From NCBI GenBank assembly GCA_963663705.1, contig OY760504.1, positions 2,632,063 to 2,696,062 on the forward strand: a stretch of DNA of 64,000 nt. The letters run 5' to 3'. The position numbers and the translations under genes are program-made. Below, one piece after another: positions 42,351 to 51,758 of this stretch; position 1 is the stretch's first letter; each line of letters begins with the position of its first letter. A model generated the notes under the pieces. That model did no database searches and was not told the DNA's origin. It saw only the letters and a program-made list of their open reading frames with translations. This stretch comes from Armatimonadota bacterium. GTDB taxonomy: Bacteria; Armatimonadota; UBA5829; DTJY01.

Positions 42351-42649
42351 GGCTCTATAAGCTTTCTTGTGGGTGAATCTGATTCGCCCTCACCCCTACC
42401 CCTCTCCCGATTTCGGGCGAGGGGGGATGCCGCTTATCCCGAGTAGCCCACAGGGCATATCGAGGGACGGTACATGTCTGCCAGGCTTCGGCAGCGGCGT
42501 CTTCGACTCTGCAACCGAAGCATCAACATACCCGTGAAGGGTGTGCATACACGAAGTCGGCGCAGGCCGATTTAGTGTTTTTGTTGCCGCGAATTTATTC
42601 GCACGGTTGTTGGAACACTACCTCTATCCACAAACTTTCTCATAGAGCC
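42351..42649 (+). repeat. MITE-like structured repeat, copy D (299 bp).
   Basis: TIRs GGCTCTATAAGC...CTCATAGAGCC. Near-identical to copy B. Confidence 0.8.
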
Positions 42650-42712
42650 TTATTTTTACTTGACAGCCGAAGATTCCGGTGTTAAGATAACAACTTGATT
42701 TTCGAGGGGAAT

Positions 42713-42997
42713 ATGCAGGATACAGCCAGCGCAAAGTTTGCTAGTGGCAGCCTCGCGATAGGGGATCGTCTCCCCTCCATCCGTGATTTGCAGAAGAAAT
42801 ACACTGCGAGCGGGCACACCATCGTTCATGGCCTCACCTATCTGGCGAACCAGGGGATACTCGCCAAGCATCCGGGGAAGGGTTACTTCCTGGCTGAGAT
42901 CAAGGATATGTTCCAGGCAGAGCCCAAGTTCATAGGTTTTATCGCCCTGTTAGAAGGAACGCGATCATGTGAAGAACATGAACCCAGCCGGTTGTAA
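42713..42997 (+). pseudogene. Truncated GntR-type HTH regulator fragment: N-terminal domain only, then a stop at the onset of the LacI-like domain.
   Basis: GDRLPSIRDLQKKYTASGHTIVHGLTYLANQGILAKHPGKGYFLAE is a GntR winged HTH. It continues FIGFIALLEG (like LIGYIGP in the intact paralogues) and then terminates. Confidence 0.45.
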
Positions 42998-43190
42998 GGC
43001 GATAGCGCTCTTTGCAGTCACCCGAATGAGCCGCCCGTCAAGCGTATACCTCGCGCCGGGCCTTGATGGGCTCACCTGGGATTGGAGTGACGGCCTGCTT
43101 AAGGTGCATGTGCGCGGTGTCGGCATAATGGATAGCGTAGTGATTGAGAGCAGAGGCGAATAGTTCATAAAATAGATTAGGAGTGACAGA

Positions 43191-45329
43191 GTGCAATTTA
43201 ATCCTGACATGTACGATGTGGTTTGGACTGAACCCAGCCTCGACAGTTCAGGTTCAATGCCGCTTGGGAATGGTGATACAGGCTTGAATCTCTGGGTCGA
43301 ACCCAATGGCGACATCGTTTTCTATATATCCAAGACTGACTCGTGGAGTGAAACAGGCAGGCTTCTTAAGCTTGCTCGTGTGAGGATTTCATTCACGCCT
43401 GCGATACCAATCGGGGCTGGATTCGTGCAGGCTCTTCATCTTGGACAGGGTGAGATAGAGATCCGATCCGGCAGCTTGGATCAACTTGACGTCATACGGA
43501 TTTGGGTGGATGCCAATCACCCCGTGATATGTGTCGAAGCCGAGCTGAGCCGGGCCGCGTCCGTGAATGTGAGCCTTGAAAACTGGCGAGACAAGGAGCG
43601 CGTGCTCGAGGGTAAAGAACTCGAGAGCGCTTACGGTCTGGTGGATGCACCTTTTCCAGTGGTTGAATGCGCCGATGTCATATCAAACGATAATAACTCA
43701 ATTACCTGGTATCACAGAAACCCGACTTCCATTGTGCCTCTCACCCTTAGCCTTCAAGGATTGAATTCGATATCGGATACAGTGGATGATCCGTTGCTTA
43801 ACCGAACGTTTGGCGGCATGATAACCGGCGCGGGAATGCAGCGCAGCGGAACGCATTCGTTGAGAAGCGCAAACCCTGCATGCGAGCATCTTATTCAGAT
43901 TCACATATTGACGGATCAGACTCCTGCAAGTTCGGAGTGGCTCCATAGGCTGTGTGTTCGTGCTCAAGATATCGGGGCGATCCCGATATCGACCCGCCGG
44001 AAAAATCACCGGCAGTGGTGGGATGAATTCTGGAATCGCAGTTACATCGTAGTTCATGGCGATGTTGATGCGGAAACCGTTTCACGCGGTTATGCGCTGC
44101 AGCGGTTTATGAATGCCTGCGCTGGTCGAGGGGCTTATCCCATCAAGTTCAACGGAAGCATCTTTACGGTAGATGCCAGAGAGCCAAACGAAGAGTTCAA
44201 CGCCGACTATCGTCGCTGGGGTGGAGCGTACTGGTTCCAAAACACAAGGCTGATCTATTGGCCGATGCTCGCATCCGGCGATTTCGATCTTATGTTACCT
44301 CTATTTGCAATGTACAGAAAAATGCTGCCCTTTGCCCTTGCTCGCACAAGTGTTTATTTTGGCCATGAAGGAGCATTTTTTCCTGAGACACTATACCCTT
44401 GGGGAGCCTATGTCAACGATAATTACGGTTGGAATCGCGAAGGCAAGGATGCATCGCATGTAAACAATACGTACATTCGCTACTACTGGCAGGGCGGGAT
44501 TGAATTGGTGGCAATGATGCTTGCATATTACGATTACACTCAGGAGCAGGCATTTCTTGAAACCACACTACTGCCAATCGCTGAGGCCGTTATCGACTTC
44601 TACATGCAACATTATGGAAGGGATGACCACGGTAAAATTGTCATGAACCCGGCATCCTCTCTTGAAACATGGCAGGACGTAATCAATCCGGCTCCGGATA
44701 TCGCAGGATTGCAGTGGATAATAGATGGATTGTTGAGATTACCTCACGAGGTTGTCATGGAAAACAGGCGTGCCAAATTGAATCGTATCATGGCTGAACT
44801 TCCCGAGATACCAAGCGGCAGCTCGGACGGCGAAAGATATCTTACTGCGGCAGAGCAGATATTGGGACCTTCGATGAACAGCGAGAATCCCGAACTCTAT
44901 GCAGTATTCCCATACCGGTTATTCGGTGTATCCAGCCATAATGATGTCGGCGTTCTGACATTCAGAAAACGCCTGAACAGCACCAACGCAGGGTGGACAC
45001 AAGACCCGATACAAGCGGCCTGCCTTGGGCTTGCCCATGAAGCGAAAACGATGGTAGTCGATCGTTTTGCATCGAAGCATGCAGGCAGCAGGTTTCCAGC
45101 ATTCTGGGGGCCTAACTTCGACTGGATACCGGATCAGGACCACTGTTCAGTGGCAGCTACAGCACTGCAGTGTATGCTTTTTGATACATCCAAAGAAGAG
45201 GTAGTCCCGCTTCCTACCTGGCCGAAAGAATGGAATGTAGACTTCAAATTGCATGCGTGTGGAGGCATTGTTGTCGAAGGAAGCTATGTGGATGGGGAAC
45301 TTTCTCTTTCCAAGTATCGTGAGGAGTAA
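43191..45329 (+). CDS. Putative glycoside hydrolase, GH95-like N-terminal domain (DUF5703-type) with a helical barrel.
   Basis: N-terminal PLGNGDTGLNLWVEPNGDIVFYISKTDSWSE resembles the GH95 PIGNGRLGAMVFG...LNEDTLWSG motif. GTG start with RBS AGGAG. Confidence 0.4.
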   Translation: MQFNPDMYDVVWTEPSLDSSGSMPLGNGDTGLNLWVEPNGDIVFYISKTDSWSETGRLLKLARVRISFTPAIPIGAGFVQALHLGQGEIEIRSGSLDQLDVIRIWVDANHPVICVEAELSRAASVNVSLENWRDKERVLEGKELESAYGLVDAPFPVVECADVISNDNNSITWYHRNPTSIVPLTLSLQGLNSISDTVDDPLLNRTFGGMITGAGMQRSGTHSLRSANPACEHLIQIHILTDQTPASSEWLHRLCVRAQDIGAIPISTRRKNHRQWWDEFWNRSYIVVHGDVDAETVSRGYALQRFMNACAGRGAYPIKFNGSIFTVDAREPNEEFNADYRRWGGAYWFQNTRLIYWPMLASGDFDLMLPLFAMYRKMLPFALARTSVYFGHEGAFFPETLYPWGAYVNDNYGWNREGKDASHVNNTYIRYYWQGGIELVAMMLAYYDYTQEQAFLETTLLPIAEAVIDFYMQHYGRDDHGKIVMNPASSLETWQDVINPAPDIAGLQWIIDGLLRLPHEVVMENRRAKLNRIMAELPEIPSGSSDGERYLTAAEQILGPSMNSENPELYAVFPYRLFGVSSHNDVGVLTFRKRLNSTNAGWTQDPIQAACLGLAHEAKTMVVDRFASKHAGSRFPAFWGPNFDWIPDQDHCSVAATALQCMLFDTSKEEVVPLPTWPKEWNVDFKLHACGGIVVEGSYVDGELSLSKYREE

Positions 45330-45334
45330 TTTAA

Positions 45335-45931
45335 TCAGATGGCGGAATTTGAATGATCGCAGATAAAACTAAATGTCTCAACGGTTGGTGGGATTTCATT
45401 CCGGTTTAGCGAGCTTTTATCCAACCTTCCGCCGTGACGTGAGACGAAGAGATAATTATGTCTACATTCGGGCCGGAGTTCCATCCAGTCCTTAATCGCA
45501 TCGTATGCACTGGAGTTAAGAGGAATAAGTCGCATCTTATTTCCCTTCCCCTTCGTCACCTGCATTACGCTATTTTCCAAATCTATGTCTTCCAGCTTGA
45601 GATCGAGCAGTTCCTGCCTGCGGACACCGGTATGTATGAGCACTGACATAATCGCTCTGTTACGGAATGCCTGGTTGATAGATCTGCCCTGCTCGGAAGC
45701 GGAGATCAGAGCTTCCATCTCTACGGTGGTAAGACAAATGGGTACTTTGTATTCCTTCTTTGGTGTAGGGATTCGTCGAAGTGGAGAACGGTCGATATAC
45801 TCCGCATCCACAAGGTAATTCCACATGGATTTCAGGCTGTTAACCTTTCGGCGTATATAGGCCGACTTATAGTCGCTCCCATTCAAGTATGCCAGGTATT
45901 GCCGGATAACGGGAGTGGTGATGGATTCCAT
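45335..45931 (-). pseudogene. Truncated tyrosine recombinase (phage-integrase / XerD-like) lacking the N-terminal ~50 aa and the C-terminal catalytic H-x-x-R...Y region.
   Basis: Core-binding domain VIRQYLAYL...SLKSMWNYL. Catalytic-domain start RAIMSVLIHTGVRRQELLDLKLEDIDLENSVMQVTKGKGNKMRLIPL. Ends in non-homologous sequence before the HxxR and Tyr. Confidence 0.6.
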
Positions 45932-46155
45932 TTCATGCGGAATGCCCCGCTCACCCAGGGCTTATGTGCCTACTCCAAGACCATTTTGCCAACATAATTC
46001 TGTCTGGCCGAGACATAACCCGTTACATAATGTGAAAAAGCGTGGGGTTATGTCTCGGTGAGCAAAAATATTCAGCTACGACAGAACCCCCTGTTATTTT
46101 CCACTGACATCCCACATGATCGATGGCCTAATTCTAGTTTTAGGAGATAGGCACT

Positions 46156-46281
46156 ATGTTATTAACACCATTGGCCGAAGAGTTTTATGCCTACTTGAAG
46201 AATGAACGAGGATCAAGCGAACTGACTATCAGTTCATACAAGTATGATTTTCGCCGATTCTTGAGGTTATATTGGGACTAA
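46156..46281 (+). pseudogene. Isolated N-terminal 41-aa fragment of a tyrosine recombinase, on the strand opposite to the larger fragment.
   Basis: MLLTPLAEEFYAYLKNERGSSELTISSYKYDFRRFLRLYWD* matches the XerD N-terminus (LxxFLxxLxxERgLSxNTLxAYRRDL). RBS AGGAGATAG. Its stop lies inside the direct repeat at 46265. Confidence 0.5.
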
Positions 46282-46990
46282 CCCGACGTTTTTGTTGCGT
46301 ATTACTTTGTGTTGTAGGTACATAACCGTGTAGAATATCAAGTTTGACCCTGGTTGGCAGGACTTGGGCGTGAGTATGATGGCATACATAACAGTCCCAT
46401 GCAAGCATCTTGACCCAGGGCTTTTACATATTAACGGCTTGTAGCAAATTCGTCTAATGATATTATATCTATCACGAGGAAATAATACTACACATATCAA
46501 ACACCACATAAAACCGGTGAGGAGTCTGATATGGAAGAATACGAAAACCTGATTGCACACTTGAAGCTAATCCCTGACATGAGGGCCGAGAGATGCAAGA
46601 AGCACAAACTCATAGATGTGCTGTTCATCGCTTTGTGAACTATTCGTTCAGATGGCGAGGATTCAGTGATATTATCGACTTTGCAACGCGTCGAGAGAAT
46701 GGTTGCGAAAGTATATTGAGCTCCCTTGTGGCATACCATAGTATTACACCTTACGAAGGGTATTTCAAATACTCGATCCAAAGGCCCTTAAGGAAGGATT
46801 GATGAGTTGGATGGAGAGCCTGAGGAGTGCAACTTCGGGGCAAGTGATAGCTCTGGATGTTACGATGAACGAGGATATGAATCGAATCCGAAAAGATAAC
46901 GCCCCGGAGAATCTGGCGGTTATAAGAAGAATAGCCGTAAGTATGGTAAATCAGGGTCGGCCATAGATAACTGTAAACATAATGCAAAAG
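46265..46990 (+). mobile_element. Degenerate ISAs1-family IS remnant: left-end repeat, transposase N-terminus (frameshifted) and C-terminal tail. The DDE core is deleted.
   Basis: 46530-46640 encodes MEEYENLIAHLKLIPDMRAERCKKHKLIDVLFIAL*, an ISAs1 Tnp N-terminus. The next frame continues NYSFRWRGFSDIIDF. 46803-46970 encodes ...VTMNEDMNRIRKDNAPENLAVIRRIAVSMVNQ, an ISAs1 Tnp C-terminus. Confidence 0.55.
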
Positions 46991-47077
46991 CACTGATTTC
47001 CTCTTGACTGGATACCGGCTTTGATGTAAAATGACTAAACGTGATTGATATTTTGAGTAAACGTGAGTTAAAATCCG

Positions 47078-47857
47078 ATGCTTAATTCAACTAGGCAACA
47101 GAAACTTTATGCGCTCCTTCGGCAGCGCGGTGAACTCCGACTGCGTGATGTGATGTCGGAATTGGGGGTTGCGCGGGCGACTGCACAGCGTGACCTCGAT
47201 CAATTGAGCCAACAGCCGGGGGTGCAGCGTACCCATGGTGGGGCAATGCTGGCCGAGACACAAAACGGATTTGCTGCCATTCGTCTGGGCGACCGTCAGC
47301 AAGTCACTTCGGAGGAGAAGAAGCAGATTGCCAGGACGGCGGTTACATTATTCAACGCAGATGCGGCGAGTCTATACATCGATGCTGGAACTACTACCAT
47401 AGCCTTCACCAAGGAGTTGGTTTTGTCTGGATGGCGTCCGGTATGGGTGGTCACGAACTGCTGGCATGTGGCCGAACAGCTGAGCCTTGCCGGGATACGG
47501 CATGAGCTTCTAGGCGGAGAGGTCGATTGCCGAAGTCTGGCTATTTCCGGCCCGACTGCAGAAAACAGCGTGGCCGCATACCATTTTGATTGGGCGATTC
47601 TGTCGGCCGATGCCGTCACGGCGACCGGGTCTGTCAGAGTGGCCCGACCGCCTGAAGCTTCTCTGAAACGTGCGGCGGCATTGGCGAGCACGCAGAAGAT
47701 GCTCCTGGCCGATGCCGGCAAGTTCGGGCGCGATTCGCACGTCGAGGCCCTGAAGTTGGGCGACTTCGACATCTGGGTGACGGAGCGGCAAGACCGCTCC
47801 GTCGAGCAGGTCTGCGCAGACAGCGGCGTGCAGTTGGTTACATCTGCCAACGAATAG
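47078..47857 (+). CDS. DeoR-family transcriptional regulator (HTH plus DeoR C-terminal sugar-phosphate sensor).
   Basis: N-terminal RQQKLYALLRQRGELRLRDVMSELGVARATAQRDLDQL (DeoR HTH). C-terminal DeoR-C fold. Confidence 0.85.
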   Translation: MLNSTRQQKLYALLRQRGELRLRDVMSELGVARATAQRDLDQLSQQPGVQRTHGGAMLAETQNGFAAIRLGDRQQVTSEEKKQIARTAVTLFNADAASLYIDAGTTTIAFTKELVLSGWRPVWVVTNCWHVAEQLSLAGIRHELLGGEVDCRSLAISGPTAENSVAAYHFDWAILSADAVTATGSVRVARPPEASLKRAAALASTQKMLLADAGKFGRDSHVEALKLGDFDIWVTERQDRSVEQVCADSGVQLVTSANE

Positions 47858-47867
47858 AGGAGATGCA

Positions 47868-49289
47868 GTGAAATCGATCTTACTCGGATTGGATATCGGC
47901 ACTACCAAGCTGTGTGCGGTTGCCGTAGAGTCGGAGACCGGCAGACTTGTTGCTGTGGAATCTGCTCCCAATGACGCACACATACCGACAGAGGCTGGCG
48001 GGGCCGAACAAGACCCTGCCGTAGTCATGATGCGCATTCAGGAGGTGGCGCGACGCCTTAGCACACGACCGGAGCTCGATGGGTACTCCATCGACGGTCT
48101 TGGTGTCACAGGGCAGATGCACGGCGTGCTCCTGATAGATGCGGATGGCAGTCCGGTTTCCCCTCTGGTCTCCTGGCAGGATCAGCGTGGTCATCGCAAA
48201 TCCACCAGGTGCGGCCGTACATATGTCGAGGAACTCCGCGAGCGGATTCAAACCGAGGATACAGGATGCGAACCGTCGACAGGTTACGGCGCCGTCACAC
48301 TCCTCCGCCTCAAAGACGAAGACCTGATACCGGCGAACTCCCGTGCGCTTACCATTCATGATTTCGTCGTGATGCAGCTTTGTGATGTAGCCGCCACTGA
48401 TCCGACCGATGCCGCGAGTTGGGGGATTTTCGATGTGCGCGACGGCCAACGGTGGCTGCCATCAGCGTTAGTAAGTTTTCCCTTCATGAGGGATCTACTG
48501 CCAAGCGTTCTCGGTACGGGCACTGTCGCGGGAAGGATAAGTTCGAGTGCAGCACGAGTGACAGGATTTCCTCACGGCTTGCCGGTCGCCGTCGCGTTGG
48601 GAGACAACCAGGCATCGTTTTTGGGGAGTGTTCCTTCCGCCCACGAGTCGCTGCTCCTGAATCTGGGGACGGGCGGGCAGATATCCGTGCCTATCGATCG
48701 GTTTGCTTCACTTCCTTTACTGGAGACACGACCATTACTGCCGGGACTCTGGCTGCTCGTCGGCGCTAGTCTCTGCGGGGGGCGGGCATACCAGATTCTC
48801 GCAGACTTCTTTGCCGATGTCGGACGTGAACTCTTCGGCTGCGATGTCGGCGATGCACTATACGAGCGGATGAACGTGCTTGCGGATGAGGCTACAGAGG
48901 ACTGCGATCACCTGTGCGCCCATACGCTATTTGAGGGTACCCGCAAAGACCCAACCATCCGGGGTGACTTCATCGGCATCAGTTCGCAGAATTTCACTCC
49001 TGCCAATCTGACACGCGCCTGCATTGCAGGCATGGTCGATGAACTGGTCTCCATGTATGCGCAGGCGGAGGATGCCGGAGCGAATATCGGCACCGTCGTC
49101 GGAGCAGGGAATGCTATTCGACGCAATCCCATAGTCCGTTATGAGATTGAGAGACGGCTTTCGATGCCATTGTACCTCTCGTCACGTACCGAGGAGGCTG
49201 CGGTTGGAGCGGCTCTGGTCGGCGGAGTGGCTGCCGGAGTCTATTCTGACTGGCGGATGGCTGTGTCTCACTCGGCCGCAAAAGAATGA
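47868..49289 (+). CDS. FGGY-family carbohydrate kinase, a divergent xylulokinase-like member.
   Basis: GTG start 10 nt after AGGAGA. ILLGLDIGTTKLCAVAVE and GVTGQMHGVLLID motifs. C-terminal GAGNAIRRN. Confidence 0.7.
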   Translation: MKSILLGLDIGTTKLCAVAVESETGRLVAVESAPNDAHIPTEAGGAEQDPAVVMMRIQEVARRLSTRPELDGYSIDGLGVTGQMHGVLLIDADGSPVSPLVSWQDQRGHRKSTRCGRTYVEELRERIQTEDTGCEPSTGYGAVTLLRLKDEDLIPANSRALTIHDFVVMQLCDVAATDPTDAASWGIFDVRDGQRWLPSALVSFPFMRDLLPSVLGTGTVAGRISSSAARVTGFPHGLPVAVALGDNQASFLGSVPSAHESLLLNLGTGGQISVPIDRFASLPLLETRPLLPGLWLLVGASLCGGRAYQILADFFADVGRELFGCDVGDALYERMNVLADEATEDCDHLCAHTLFEGTRKDPTIRGDFIGISSQNFTPANLTRACIAGMVDELVSMYAQAEDAGANIGTVVGAGNAIRRNPIVRYEIERRLSMPLYLSSRTEEAAVGAALVGGVAAGVYSDWRMAVSHSAAKE

Positions 49290-49319
49290 CTTGGTAGATT
49301 ACCGGAAGGAGCTCGGATC

Positions 49320-51758
49320 ATGGTTCGCATCGTTGAGAAAACCGTGGGATTTGACCCAAAACGCCTGGCACAGCAGTTACTCTCTGTGCAGTCGCAGAAT
49401 CAACACACTACACGCCTGGATGGCTGGTTCCTTACTATGGAGATTCGCATGCGGGCGCTCGCGGTGTTGCGCAAGACCGCTACCGATTTGCCGAACATCA
49501 TAGTGCAGGCCAGGCTTTTTGCGGCAGTCTGTGAGCAACTACCTCTCACCATCCGAGACGATGAAGTCTTTGCCGGAACGCAGGACGATGCCTTTGCTCG
49601 TACCTATGCGTTGATCAACCCCGAGTTCAAAGTCGAAACCTTCGCAGGATACTGCGACCCGATGGCGGTCTACGGCGACATCACTTGCGCACCTGAGCTC
49701 GGTTTCACGGCCGAACGTATCAAGGCGGTCCGCGACTTTTGGGCTATGGAGCCGTTTGCCAGTGTACTCAAGGCAGCCTACGCAGAGACTGGTGATGAGT
49801 TGTCTGAGGTTGCATACTTTGTCGAGCAGGTTACCGGTCACACAATCTGCGATTTCCGTCCGGCTCTCCAGAACGGACTGGTGCCGCTCATCGAGGAAGC
49901 GCAGTCCAGAGCCCGGGAAACCAGCGGAAGCCAGAAGGATTTCTATACGGCCGCGGAGATCTCACTCACGGCTGTGCTTGCGCTGGGTGACCGCTATGCG
50001 AGGTTGGCCGCAGATATGGCGAGCGGTGAGACCGATCCGCTCCGCAAACATGAACTCAAACGAATTGCCGAGACATGTGGAAGAGTGCTGCATTCCGGCG
50101 CGAGTTCGCTCTACGATGCCATCCAGGCATTCATGCTTCTGTGGATGGGAATGACCCTCGAACAAGCACCAAATCCCTATGCGTTCAGCGTCGGAAACCT
50201 CGATCGGATTCTGCAGCCCTACTTCGCACAGGACGCAATCGATCGGGAAGTCGCCATCGAACTGACACGCCATTTGCTCGCACTCTTTAACGTCGGAGAC
50301 CGAAACTGGGCGATCAGCCAGAACATCATGGTCGGCGGTCGTGACGAGAACGGCAAAGACCTGACCTGCGATATGACCACCATCGTGCTCGCGGCATTCT
50401 ATCGCAGCAACTACCCGCAGCCGGCACTCTCGGTAAAACTCCATTCGCGAACTCCCGATGAGGTCTATTCCGCACTCGCACCGTTTTTCACCACGCCGGG
50501 GAGTCTGACACCGAGCTTCTTCAATGACGACGTGCTCTTCCCTATTCTTACGAAGAAAGGAATCGCCCGCGAAGACCTGCCTCTGTATTCCATCGCCGGA
50601 TGCCAGGAGCCGTTGATCATGGGCAAGGAATCGGGAAACACTACCAATAGCTGGCTGAATCTTGGGAAGATCCTGGAACTGACCATCCACGGCGGCAAGA
50701 GCGCTATCACGGGGAGGCGGATCGGCCTATCATACGAAGAACTCGGTCTGAATCCCGATGAGCCCGTCAAAGATATGGAGCAGGTCAAGACGGCGTTCTG
50801 GAAGCAGTTGGACCATATGCTGCCGAGAATGGAAAAGGCTGCCAATGCGTGCACTAAGGCGCTCTCTCTCCTCCCGGTGCCGTTCCTCTCGTGCTTCATG
50901 GGAGGGTTTGAGAGCGGTATCGATATGCGGGATAACACCGCTCAGGGGACGAAGTATAATGCATCCGGATGCCTAATTCACGGACTGAGCGTAGTCGCGG
51001 ATAGTCTGTCTGCTATTGCCCATCTTCAGGGAACCGCGCCCGATCAGTTGGCAGATCTACCGAGGGCACTGCTCGCCAAATTCGAGGGATTTGACGCACT
51101 GCGCTCGCGTTGTCTTGCAGCACCCAAGTATGGGAACCGTCTGGGGCTGCCGGAGAAGCTAGCCGCGGAGATCGCCGAGGGAACGTCGAGCCGGGTGACG
51201 GCGTTGACTAACCCTTGGGGAAACCATTTTCTCCCTGACTGGAGCACTCCCAGCACACATTTGCTGTATGGTTACTGGGTCGGCGCTACTCCGGATGGGA
51301 GAATGGCAAGACAGATGCTTGGATACGGCATCGACCCCACGGCAGGTATGGCTACACACGGACTTCCTCCACGTATACTCAGCATGCATGCGCTGCCCTA
51401 CGAGGCATTCCTCGGAGGTTATGCCAGCCACATCGGGTTGGAACCGGCTATGGTCCGAGCCGCCGAAGATGGCAAGGGTTTCGTCGATACAATTCGCGGC
51501 TGCGTCATCGATCCGCTCTTCGGGTTCAACGGCGAGGGTATGAATGGTGGGTATTACGTCTACTTCAACGTCGACTCTGCGGAGCATCTCAGAAAGATAC
51601 TGGCGAACCCGATGGAACTCGTGCCCAGCGGAATCTACATTATGCGCATACACGGGACTTTCGTGAACTTCCTCGATCTCTCACCGGCGATCCAGGAAGA
51701 TATAATCACTCGGCTCGATGAGGAATCGACCAGCTTTTCAAAGACTTGCTTTGCATGA
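49320..51758 (+). CDS. Glycyl radical enzyme (pyruvate formate-lyase fold), eliminase/dehydratase-type, with non-canonical motifs.
   Basis: GRE hallmarks ATPDGRMARQMLGYGIDPTAGMATHG and NASGCLIHGLSVVADSL. Active-site loop SIAGCQEPLIMGKE (Cys428). C-terminal glycyl-radical segment IYIMRIHGTFVNFLDLSPAIQEDIITR aligns to [26 protein letters not shown] (Gly779). Confidence 0.8.
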   Translation: MVRIVEKTVGFDPKRLAQQLLSVQSQNQHTTRLDGWFLTMEIRMRALAVLRKTATDLPNIIVQARLFAAVCEQLPLTIRDDEVFAGTQDDAFARTYALINPEFKVETFAGYCDPMAVYGDITCAPELGFTAERIKAVRDFWAMEPFASVLKAAYAETGDELSEVAYFVEQVTGHTICDFRPALQNGLVPLIEEAQSRARETSGSQKDFYTAAEISLTAVLALGDRYARLAADMASGETDPLRKHELKRIAETCGRVLHSGASSLYDAIQAFMLLWMGMTLEQAPNPYAFSVGNLDRILQPYFAQDAIDREVAIELTRHLLALFNVGDRNWAISQNIMVGGRDENGKDLTCDMTTIVLAAFYRSNYPQPALSVKLHSRTPDEVYSALAPFFTTPGSLTPSFFNDDVLFPILTKKGIAREDLPLYSIAGCQEPLIMGKESGNTTNSWLNLGKILELTIHGGKSAITGRRIGLSYEELGLNPDEPVKDMEQVKTAFWKQLDHMLPRMEKAANACTKALSLLPVPFLSCFMGGFESGIDMRDNTAQGTKYNASGCLIHGLSVVADSLSAIAHLQGTAPDQLADLPRALLAKFEGFDALRSRCLAAPKYGNRLGLPEKLAAEIAEGTSSRVTALTNPWGNHFLPDWSTPSTHLLYGYWVGATPDGRMARQMLGYGIDPTAGMATHGLPPRILSMHALPYEAFLGGYASHIGLEPAMVRAAEDGKGFVDTIRGCVIDPLFGFNGEGMNGGYYVYFNVDSAEHLRKILANPMELVPSGIYIMRIHGTFVNFLDLSPAIQEDIITRLDEESTSFSKTCFA

